From Zootoca vivipara (Eukaryota), in assembly GCF_963506605.1 (NCBI RefSeq), contig NC_083290.1, forward strand, positions 29,822,001 to 29,886,000: DNA of 64,000 nt, written 5' to 3'. The notes beneath the pieces are model-generated. The model searched no databases and had not been told where the DNA came from. It saw only the letters and a list, made by a program, of their open reading frames with translations. A program made the position numbers and the translations under genes. Shown here in pieces: positions 1 to 11,023 of the stretch; the first letter of the stretch is position 1, and each line of letters begins with the position of its first letter.

Positions 1-172
1 CATTACCAGGAAGGCTCTCTCAATCTCTGCACTGGGAATGTGAAGCAAGCAGGCACCAAAAGTTGGAGGATAGCTGCTAAAGCACACAAGCCCATTGAGG
101 CATAATGGGGAAGGGGGAAAAGCTACCCCTAGAGCCAGCGTGCCAAGGCATCCACACCCTTCCCTGTTGTAC

Positions 173-2937
173 CTTGATGAACTCCTCAAGCTTGGATATG
201 TCTTTCAGCTTGGTGTAGCAATTCAGCAGCAGTGTCGTGTGGTCTGCATTGGCCAATGACTGCAGGTGGAGCGTCTGCAAGTACGCAGTCAGGTTGTGTA
301 TCCTCTGAGCATCCAAGAACTTGCGGATGACGTAGGACGGCTCTAGTTTCCCAATGGTACTAGGGGGAAAGAGGACCCTATGAGGACCCTATCCCAGGTA
401 ATCGAAAGCCAAAAGAGAGGATGGGAAAGTGTGCACGTAACCCCAACCTCGCATCTGGTTCTACAGAGGATCAGAAGGTGCAGCCACGATTTCCAACACA
501 AATAGGGCACGGGGAGAGGAGGTGGCTTGGAATATAAATGCCAAATCAATTGGGGAGAGTGGAAATCAAGTGGGTGTAAATCAAAACTTGCAATTCTCAC
601 AATCTGGGGCTGGAAACTTATCTTGGTCTGACCTTCACATTGCCAACGGTAGTGCAATCTGCTGATAAGCACCTTGCAATCTGAAAAGCCAGGAGCAGGC
701 ATTCCATATATACTATCTCAGTAAATAAATCCCAGTCCACTGGGATCCAGAGAGCCAAACTCCATTTGGACGTGTCAGAGCTCACCAGGGCTCTTTGTGT
801 TTGCAAACCACATTTGGATAGATTTAGTTCCCATCTCATTATGGTTTCCCTGGTGAAGCAATTCAGAAAGGAAGCCAGCAAGAAGGTGGCAGGTCGGCCA
901 GATTAAAAATCCAGATTTGTGGCACCCAGATGCTTAGATGGCAAGGCCTATGGTCTTTCTTCTCACCCCAACATGGCTGTAATGGAGAGGGAGGGAGGGA
1001 GGGCCAAAACTCCCCTGTCCCACCTACCGAATATATTGCTGAATGGCGCCATCGTGGTTTCCCTTGTTATACAGATGGTCTCCATACTGGCGAAAGATCT
1101 CAGACAAGCCGTCACTATCCAGGTGGTGGCTCCTGGCCAGGTGAATGGCCATTTCAAAAAGGTTCTTCCTGAAGAGCATCTGTTGGAAGGGAAGGGCTTG
1201 CTTGCTTACAAACGTTGATGGGAACAACAGGGTTTTAAGGGTTATATTGACTATTCATAGCTATTCCATGGAGAGCTGCTTAATTACTGGGGTCCTCAAG
1301 TATGGAATGCACACTGATGTATTGTTTTGTGAATGCAGAATGATATGCATTTGCAGCTTTCATAACTGTAAGAGGAGAAACAAGGGGCTCTCCCTCCCTC
1401 TGGTCCATATGGCACAGATGCTAGTTCAGAGTCACTTCCAGCCCCTTACTCAGGCTCCCAACGGAGCAACAGCAGACCACAACAACCTCCCACAAACTGG
1501 AGCCCTCCAAATGATTGGGGATACAGCCCCCCTCCATCAGCCCCAGCCAGCACAGGTGTATTATGCTGGGACTGACGAGATTTGCAATCCAAATGGTCTG
1601 GTGCAAGGCAACGTCTGGGCTTTGAGCTGCAGGCAGCTACAAATAAGCTTTGGACCTCAGAACCCCACCAACCACAGAGGAGGAAGAAGCGATCAAGGTC
1701 CCTTGCCTCAAGCTTGGTTTGCGTGTCCTTCTCCTGCAGTGCATGGAGCTTCCCATCTCTGGTCAGCACATAGAGGCACCCCCACTCGGCCAGGACATCC
1801 ACCACGTCGTCAAAGACAGAGCTGTATGCAATGAACTTGTTGCCCAAGTCATAAATATTCAGGATCTGCTTGTCAGAGTTTTGTGGATCACTCCCTGCAA
1901 ATTCTGATCTGGAGTACAGAGGAGCAAAGAGTGAAGGACAGCCTCAAAGATAGACTTTTAACTTTCACTCACAGGTCAGAAGTTCCCTTTTGTGCATTGG
2001 ATGAATGAATGGTCCACACTCACAGCCTCAGAGAGTCTCAAACTGCTGGTTTTAACATTTCCAGCAAACATTAAAGTCAGCTAGAAGAGCCCTCTGTGAG
2101 TACCTGATGAATCTAAAAAACTGATGACCAAGCTTTTGCATTCCTATGCATAAGCTGCATCTGCCTCCTATTTCTCCCCCACAATATGTACGTCAACCTT
2201 ACTGTTTCTGAGCCTTCGATAGCACAACATATCGCCTTGCTGCAAAGTAGGGTTTCCCTACCCAACACCCAACCCCACACTCAGCCATTTGGACCTTCCA
2301 GCCTTTCAGGACAGTCATCACAGTCTCAAGATTACTTGTACATATCCCACTCAGCATATTCAGAAAATCCAAGATCTGATAGGAAGCTGGAAAGGAAAGC
2401 TGGATTTAACATTGCCTGCAAATAGGGATTGGAAGGCCAAGAAGAAATCCCATGCAACACACAATAGCTCACTCCTACAAAAAAGTACCTAACCAGAAGC
2501 AATAAATAATTTCAAAGCAACCACCTTTATCCAGATCCCACACCCAGAGTTTTTAAGAGGTCAAAGGGAAAAAAATTCAACAAGTTATTCTGTCTTGCAG
2601 CTCTGTCTTACTTTGGAGAAGGCTTCCGTTCTTTTGAAACAATGACAAGGTAGCCCCGATACCAGTGGGCTATCAGCTTCTGGCCTTCAAAGGCAAAGCA
2701 GGGCCCACGCTCATCTGGCTGGTACAGATATACACAGTCATCTCCTGCCACAATGAACTGGAGGTCCTGGGAGGGATCGCTGAGTGTGGAGCAGCGCAGC
2801 CCACAGCCACGTGTGTCCAATTCTAGCTTCGGATAGTCCTTCACTGAAAGTGTGTAACACTGCAAAGTCCACAAGGAGGAGGACACAATGAAGTTTGGAA
2901 AGCCATAAGAACAGCTCAGAAACTGGGGTGGGGCAGG

Positions 2938-2987
<50 letters not shown>

Positions 2988-5380
2988 TATTATTTATACC
3001 CCACCCATCTGGCTGGGTTTCCCCAGCCACTCTGGGCGGCTTCCAACAGAAGTATTAAAATACAATAATTTATTAAACATTAAAAGCTTCCCTAAACAGG
3101 GCTACCTTCAGATGTCCTCTAAAAGTATGGTAGCTGTTTTTCTTTTTGACATCTGATGGGAGGGCGTTCCACAGGGCGGGTGCCACTACCGAGAAGGCCC
3201 TCTGCCTGGTTCCCTGTAACTTGGCTTCTTGCAACGAGGGAACCACCAGAAGGCCCTCAGCACTGGACCTCAGTGTCCGGGCAGAACGATGGAGGTGAAG
3301 ATGCTCCTTCAGGTATACTGGACCGAGGCCGTTTAGGCATGACACACACCACACACACACCACGGTCAACCAAACATCTTACCTGGATGTTCTCTGTGGT
3401 GGCAACAAACAGATGTGTTGTTTTTCCAGACTGACGGAAGGCAAGGCCTGTAACTGGGTAACTGCCTTCATGAAGGATCTGACTTTTGCTGTGCCGATCT
3501 CTTGTGATGTCTCCTTTAGTGAGCACAACGCTCCCATCTGTAAAGCCTACAGCAGAAATGGGATACAGGGTGCATTCCATGAGACACCCTGGGGAAAAGC
3601 AGGCATTCTCTGCCATCAGAATACATCAGTTAAGTCCACCAAATGGAAAGCTGAATTAGATTAATATGAAAAGACGAAGGAGCACTCTCCCCAAAACAAA
3701 GTAGATAAATTTCTGCAAGATCAATTTCTCCTTTATGATTTTATGTCTATAACTCACAGCAGCAATTTCATTTCCACTTACCAATAGCCATGAAGTTGAG
3801 ATTCTCATGGACTGTGAGGCAGGACACAACTGTAGGCTTGTTGCCTGGTATTGCAGGGAAAATCCTGGTGCACAGAGGATTCCCACCATCACGCTTCTCT
3901 AGATTCCAGACTTTGACCTACAAGTTATTATAGGGGGCTTGTTGAGGAAAACCACTACAAATTGGGCCAGTTCCCTTTTTATCTAAAGGTAAGTGCTACT
4001 GTGCATATAAGATGCCCATTTCCCCCTTTCTCCAGTCAAACTCTGGGACCAGGAGTACAGACATAGCTGCTGTGGAAAGAAAATAGCCACATTTACTCTC
4101 CTAGCAGAAAGTCACTGCAGGGCAAATAGGCAGAAGGAGCAAGACACCCTTCTCTTGATCAGGCTTAAGCCAAATATGTGCAAGTCAGAAAAATAATAAA
4201 AAAGCCAAAAGTCCTGAACACCTGAGTTAAAGGCATAGGTGACAAATAAATATTTAAAATCCCTAGATTCCAGCAACAACGTTTTTGAAGAACTGGTGGG
4301 CCACATTTATCTCAGCCTTGTTATCACAGAAGACTCCTCCTTCCCTACAACTAATCTTGCAAAAGCTTTCCATCAAACAGAAAAATAAGTCCAGCTTCCC
4401 TCAGACCAACTTACCAAAGGGTTAATACCTTCTTCATCCTCCCCAACAGAAGCCAAGATGCTGTGCTGCTTCAACTGGTAGAGGTGTGTCACTCTCAGCT
4501 TATAAGCTTGGAAACTGCTGAGCTCAAGGTTGCGCAGCAGGAACCATATCTGCCCTTCCATATGTAGGTCTGAGTTAAGGAGTCCTCCCCATAAGAGTGC
4601 AGAAGGCACGAAAGGCTCAGTGGTTCGCTTCTAAAATCTTTTATCACATTATGTTTATATCCCATCTTTCTTCCATGATGGAACTCAAATTGTTTCCGCT
4701 GCTGCCTCCCACCCAGACACTGAACAAGACCAGCATATCTGAGCTGGGTCAAAGGTTAGTGGTGAAGCACCTGCTTTGCATATAAAGGATTCTAGATTCA
4801 ATTCCTGGAACCTCCAAGTATGTAAAGGCTTCTACTTTCTGTCTGTTGGTCATAGAAGACTCAGGGTGCCTACCTAACCTGTGGTTGCCCAGATGTTGCT
4901 GGACTCTTAACTGCCATCAGTTTGGGCAATGGCCATGGTCGATAGTCAGCAGCAAGGGTGACAACTCAGCCACCGCGATGTAGGCAACACTGAACTAGCT
5001 GAGCCAATGCTTTAATCAGGCATCCCCTTATGTTCTGAACTTGAATAAGCCCACGGGGCAGGGAGGAGGAATGCCTTCAGACTTGGGCAGAAGGCGAGCC
5101 ATGGCTGCAGCTTACCCAAAACTCATGTCCGCTGACCGAGACAAAAGTCCTGCCCAGGCAAGCTGGTTGAGGGAAAAAGAGCACTCCACACACGCTCAGA
5201 GGCACCCTGCCCGCCCCCCGCGACACCACTAACAGCAAGGATATCCCCGAAAACGAGACTGCCCCGGCCCGAGTCGCAGACCGTGATGCCTGGCGGCAAT
5301 AGCACAGGCTTCCCATCAGGCTCCGTCAAGACATCGCAGTCGAAGAAGGCGAAGCGGCGCCACTGCAGGTAGGCCGCCAT
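173..5380 (-). CDS. VPS11: Vacuolar protein sorting 11 (HOPS/CORVET core subunit), coding exons 1-8; gene continues beyond the left edge
   Basis: Exons 5380-5245, 4563-4415, 3917-3782, 3546-3383, 2859-2612, 1908-1707, 1179-1028 and 359-173 join in consistent phase. Translation reads MAAYLQWRRFAFFD...GSLVFGDMEGQIWFL...RKFLDAQRIHNLTAYLQ...KLEEFIK, recognisable as VPS11. Confidence 0.97.
2940..3338 (-). mobile_element. 5'-truncated L2/CR1-clade LINE 3' end with (TAT)n tail
   Basis: Translates to ...RTLRSSAEGLLVVP...[15 protein letters not shown]...HLKVALFREAF, typical of an L2 ORF2 C-terminus. Ends in an (ATT)n microsatellite. A related copy lies at 53166-53506. Confidence 0.8.
4564..5244 (-). 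other. VPS11: U12-type (minor spliceosome) AT-AC intron, VPS11 intron 1
   Basis: Donor G|ATATCCTT at 5244, branch point TCCTTAAC at 4581-4574, acceptor ...CCTAC| at 4564. Splicing restores G-D-M-E-G-Q in frame. Confidence 0.95.
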
Positions 5381-5841
5381 CTTGACAGGTAGGCCCAACT
5401 CCGGAGGAGAGTCATGTGACCATGCCGCTTCCGCGTTGCCGCTTCTCTTAGCGCTGGGGCTGCTGGGATTTGTAGTTCGCCGGGTCTCTAAATCCCCGCC
5501 TTAGTGCGCAAGCGCAGAGAAGATCGCAGCCCTTGCGCCACTGTCCCCTTGTTTTCACGCGGCCGTATTGCTGGCATCCCCGCTTAGCCCGCAGGCCGAG
5601 GGCGGGTGACTGTGACTGATTGGTGGGCCGGAACAGATCAGAGAGGTGCTGGGGGTGGCCAAAGGAGAGAGGGCAGTCTGCACGTGCTCAGGAGCTCTCC
5701 GGTCAGGCCTGTCGCTTCCCCCGCCACGCTAGGAAGCCCCGCCCCTCAGCCAATGACCGCGGCCGCTGCGCCCGGCGCCGGAGACGTGGCCCAATGGGGA
5801 GCGCACAGGGGGAGACGCCGGGCCAATGAGCTCGCGCCGCG
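5373..5841. promoter_or_regulatory. CpG-island bidirectional promoter shared by VPS11 and HYOU1
   Basis: Head-to-head genes in GC/CpG-rich sequence. Motifs: YY1-like GCCGCCATCTTG over the VPS11 ATG, CLEAR/M-box-like GTCATGTGAC 5411-5420, ZNF143/SBS-like ACTACAAATCCCAGCAGCCCC (minus, ~5456-5476), and several CCAAT boxes. Confidence 0.8.
5785..5841 (+). promoter_or_regulatory. ER-stress response elements upstream of HYOU1 (ERSE-II and ERSE-like)
   Basis: CGTGG-C-CCAAT at 5785-5795 is the reverse complement of ERSE-II (ATTGG-N-CCACG). CCAAT-N9-CCGCG at 5823-5841 has one mismatch to ERSE (CCAAT-N9-CCACG). HYOU1 is an established UPR target. Confidence 0.8.
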
Positions 5842-6237
5842 TCCGGCTCCGGGGAGGGAAGGAGGGCGGAGCCCAGCTTTCGCAAGCGAGGGAGTCCGGG
5901 AGGCCGGCCGGCCAGGGAGAGAGAGAGGCAGCCAGAGCGGGAGGGAGAGAGTTCGCGGAGACGGAGTCCTAGCCGAGAGCGAGCGATCGGGCAGAAAGCC
6001 CCCGGAGGGAGCACTTGGCGTGCCGGGCCGAAGAGAGCGGCGTCCGCCTTAGAGGCGCCCGGTGGCCGGCCTCTTCCGCGTGGGGGTGGGGGAACCTCTG
6101 GGTCTCCAGGTGAACCTTGGCGCCGGGCCTCACCGCTGCTCCTCCAGGCCGCTCCGTTCCGTGTCTGTCGGAGAAAAGTGCCCTCCCTGCCTCGCCTTTG
6201 TTTCCAGAACGGGGTTTGGCGGCCCTCGGTCGTCGGG

Positions 6238-9200
6238 ATGGCTCCAGCACGCGTGTGGCCGCTGCTACCCCTCCTCCTCCTGGCTTCCCTGCCTGCGCAC
6301 TTGGGTAGGTGCATCTCTCGCCCCCGCGGGTCCGATGGAAGGACCTGGGAAAGAACTTGGGGGTTGTTTTGCAAGTTGCCGAAGGATCAGGCTCGCTAAG
6401 CGGAGTTGGGCAGGAGCGAGCCCTTTCATCGCATGGTTTGATCCGGCTCGTCTCAGAATCATAGAATTGTGGAGTTGGAAGGAACCACTAGGATCATCTA
6501 GTCCAGGGTTTCCCAAACTTGGATCTCCAGCTGATTTTGGACTTCAACTCCCATCATCCCTATCCTTTAGGACCAGTGGTCAGGGATGGTGGGAATTGTA
6601 GTCCAGACTGCTGGAGACCCAAATTTGGGGAACCCTGATCTAGCCCAACCCCCTGCAATGCAGGAATCCCTTGCCCAACATGGGGCTCGAACCCACAACC
6701 CTGAGATAATGAGTTGTATACTCTACTGACTGAGCTATTCGCCTAGTGATGTCTGAAAAGCTAACGTGTATCCTGTAAGTGGGCCGGACGAAACTGACCA
6801 GCAGGAAGGGCAGAGTGTTCCTTGGATGCTTCTGTGCACACTTTGAGGTGCTGGTGGTGACAGTTTGTCATGGCCCTGAGAGTGAAAGCATTTCCATTTT
6901 AGCTGGCGTTGGACTCATTATAAACTACTGGAATGTGGAAACTGGCCGCTGTCCATGTGGGACCTGATGGAGACAACTTTTCTAAAGGATGCTGCTGATG
7001 CTGCACTACATTTACTTACTTACTTACTTACTTACTTGGTGGTATGTTTCATTTGCCACCTCTGTAGAAAATAGTGTGTCAACATTTAAGCCTTACAGGC
7101 TGTGTTGCATAAAGAAAGAGGAACCGGCTGTACATTCTTGCAGATCTTTTTTTTAAAAAACCAGTTTAGTTCTTGAAAAGAGGCACTTTGAGTGATGTAA
7201 ATGATAGTGATTTAGATCACATTTTAGGTTCAGAACCCATATTAGGAGAGGTGTTGATTATGGCAGGTATTGCTATACGGTAGCTTGCAGGGAGCTTTTG
7301 GGGCCCCTGGATATTACATTTATTGGTACATGGGGTCCATTGGCAAGAATAAGAGCGCCTTGTTTTTGTAGGCATCCAGCAGAGGTTCAGTTTTTTTATT
7401 CAGACCTATGCCATATCTTGTGTTTACGAAAACTAACTTTAAAGTAAATATGTACTGTAGAGAGCCATTTTTCAAAATAAAATTGAGAATGCTGTAACCC
7501 TTTTTTCCTGGATTGTGACTGCACAATCCTGATTGTTATCTGCCATTTGTAACCTCTAGGCTAGGCTACTAAGTATTTGGCATGGGGGGGGCATGCCAAA
7601 TACTTAGTAAACGCTTCCGGGTCCGCCAAGTACGTAATCTGAAAATACGCAACCCGAAGCGTACGTAACCGGAGGTACGACTGTATCTGCATTGGATGGT
7701 CTCCTGTAGGTGCCTCCATATCTGTGGTGAAGCAAGTAGCTACCAAAGACTAGGCCTTCTGGGTGGGTCTCTGGAATCTAGTTTATTTTTCTTTCAGTAG
7801 CAGGAAAGACGCCTCCTAATTTCCATGTAGACATAATTTTAATTCTGCTGGTTGTTTTATTATGCTCTTACAACTTTGTAGCTTTTAGCTTTATAATTTT
7901 ATTTACATTTTGATTTTGTGTTTATTTTTTGTATTTACTTTCTATAAACCTCCCTGGGAATATGGTGGAAGGATGCTTTAAAAATACTTAGAGATAAGTT
8001 TTGAGATGTTTCCCTACAAATGTGGTGCTCTGGATGATACAGTACTTGTGAAACTTTCTTCTGGTGGAGTCCTCCAGGTGTGCTGTAACGCATCTGTGTT
8101 TAGGCTGGCTTTTTGTTTCTTATCAGTTCAGCTAATCATTAGAAATTGGAAGGAGGCTGGAGGGTACTATCTGGGGTTCTTCCTGGAAGAAAAGTACATT
8201 TGACACAATACTTTTGTTCCACAGATTCGTTGGCTGTGATGTCAGTGGACATGGGTAGTGAATCTATGAAGATCGCCATTGTGAAGCCTGGGGTGCCAAT
8301 GGAAATTGTGTTAAACAAGTGAGTGGGCTAAATATGTGCTGGAATGAATGTGAATGTGGCAACAACTGTTTTGGAGGGCTTGACACATCATAGAATTGTA
8401 AAGGTGCCCCAAGGTTCATCCTGTCCAACCGCTTACAGTACAGGAATAAATCCATGTCTTAGTGGTGCAGTACAGAATATATGGGCCAGCTTCCCATAGG
8501 TGTAACATCCTTTTGCCCTTATTTATTGTTCCCTGATCTTAGATGTGGTTATTTAGAAGAGACTCCGATGTGTTTCTCTTCACTTGTTCCAATGCTGAAT
8601 CCTGGCATTGAAAACCAGTTCTGCATATCTCCAAGGAACCCAGAAGTTAGACCCCAGGAATCTCTGGGGCAGGGCCACTGTGCAGTGACAGGGCACCTGC
8701 TTTGTTTGTAGGAGGTCGCGTATTCAATTCCAGGCATCTCCTGTTTAAATTTATTAGGTACCAGACGATAGGAACAGTGTGCCTCTGTCTGAGGCCCTGG
8801 AGAACCACTCTAGACCTGAGTCAGAAATATAGCTTCAGCTAGATGAATAAATAGCCTAGCCTGGTTATTAGACAACTTCCTATCTCCCCAGGAAACAGTT
8901 CTAGTTTAATTTTTCTTCTAGGGAATCTCGGAGAAAAACACCAGTGGCTGTAACTCTAAAGGAGAATGAGCGCCTCTTTGGTGACAATGCTGTGGGAATG
9001 GTAAGTCCCTTAGATGTCCACTCACACATACACATCCCCTCTGCTTTTTCTATACTTCGTACCAAGAGTATTTATTTGCATGCACAGCTTGTTCTTCTGG
9101 GGTCCTATCTCTGCTGCACCTTCCTCTTTACACTTTCAGCTTCAATAACATGTTCCTCCCCACTGAGATTTGTTGAAGATACAGTGCTACAGGTCCTCTT

Positions 9201-10974
9201 TGGCAGGTTAGCTCATGTTCCAGAGAAGGACTTTTCCAGTGCTGGCATGCGGTGACTTTATTGGTTTAGGAAACGGAGGGTCCTAAATGCCACTTTGGGT
9301 ATTTTCAGTAGTTCAGTTGTTGAGGGTTTCTGGTGTGCATGCCTTTTAAAAAGAAATTTATAGGGGATAGGTGAGCATTCCAGAGGAATCAGCACGGTTG
9401 TGTGTTTTTCCTGTTTTTTTTTTAATAGGGCATCAAGAACCCAAAAGTGGCTTTCCGGTATTTCCAGGATCTCCTGGGCAAGCGCGTTGATAACCCACAA
9501 GTGACCATGTACCAGTCACGGTTCCCAGAACATGACCTGGTGAAAGATGCAAGGAGGGAGACAGTCAGTTTCAAGCTGTCAGAGTACGTTTCCACTTGGA
9601 GGTTTGCCACGTGGCACTGCTGAGCAAGACAGGCTGTGGCATCTTTCCGTAAGCCGCTGCTACATAGATTTGGTTGGCCAAATGCCAGGGTCAACTTATA
9701 TTTGGTATGTGCCCTGTTAAGGGGCAAGTGGTATGTGGAAGTGATGAGCCCTCACCCATGCTCAAAAGATGCATTTCACAGCTGGGATCAGGAATTTAGA
9801 ATTTAGAATTCTTGTTCTTCCTTGCAGCAAATTGCAGTATACCCCAGAAGAGATCCTGGGCATGGTTCTCAACTATTCTCGGGCACTGGCAGAGGAATTT
9901 GCAGGTTAGAAATGACTCTTGAGTGTTTGAGGCACAAGAGTTGTCTTTGCTTCTTTGGTCAGCAAGCATATGAATAAAAATGAAGAGGCACCTGAACCAG
10001 GAGTTCACACCATACCTTCTCCTTATCATACAGAACAGCCTGTCAAGGACGCTGTGATCACTGTCCCTGCCTACTTCAACCAGGCGGAGAGGAGAGCGGT
10101 CCTGCATGCAGCAAAAATGGCAGATCTCAAGGTTTTGCAGCTCATCAATGATAACACAGCTGTGGCTTTGAACTATGGGGTGTTCCGAAGGAAGGACATC
10201 AATGCTACAGCCCAGGTGCTTGTAACTGGACGATGTGTGTGGCTCGGGAGGGGGGAGGTTTTTACCCAGGGCTCAAGCTCATTGTGCCTCTGTAAGCTTA
10301 CCTAGAAAACAGAAAATTTGGGCAGGGCAGTCTTCTTGGTCAATGAGAGCTCCCTGTTTGAATCCCAACTTTTATGTACAGATTCCACATTCCCCTAATT
10401 CCAGCTAGCCACATACACAAGCGAGCAGGGCCCATTCACCTGTTGGTCATCTGATATTACTGTACTATGAAATCTAGTAACCAACTTATCCTTTGTAGCA
10501 AGGCAAGCTGTGTTACCAAAGCCAAGCCAAGTTTCAAGTTAGTACCTACTGGCCAATAGGCAGTGACTCCAAACCTGCTTTCTGCAGGGATTGGCTCTGT
10601 GGCTGGAGTTTCCTCTGAACTTGGTTGCACATCCGATCCACTGGGCTTGGAGTCACCAAGGCCATAGGTGGAGACTTGAGGCCTGTTAGAGTTCTGCATG
10701 TCTGCTTTTTCTGTCAGCTGATTGACATTGACAGGAAGCCTCCCTTGCCAATGCACAATTTGAAGCATTCTTCAGGACTCCCAATATAGCATCTTGTCAG
10801 CTGCATCTTTCTCTGTCTCCCACCTGACATCACACATGACATCTAGTGTGGGGCTGGTGGGCATACTTGGCAGAAAACGGCCTCATGGGCCAAATTTGGA
10901 CCCGTGTTAGGTCTAATTAGGCCTGCAGGCTGGAGGGCTGACCCACCTCTGGACCAGTTGAACAAACAGTCTGA

Positions 10975-11023
<49 letters not shown>

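Noticed and set aside
1145-1834. 229-aa plus-strand ORF
   Set aside because: Antisense to VPS11 exons and intron with no recognisable domain; likely chance.
5606-6601. Several long overlapping ORFs (148-223 aa)
   Set aside because: CpG-island artefacts with low-complexity Arg/Gly/Pro content; only 6238-6304 is coding (HYOU1 signal peptide).
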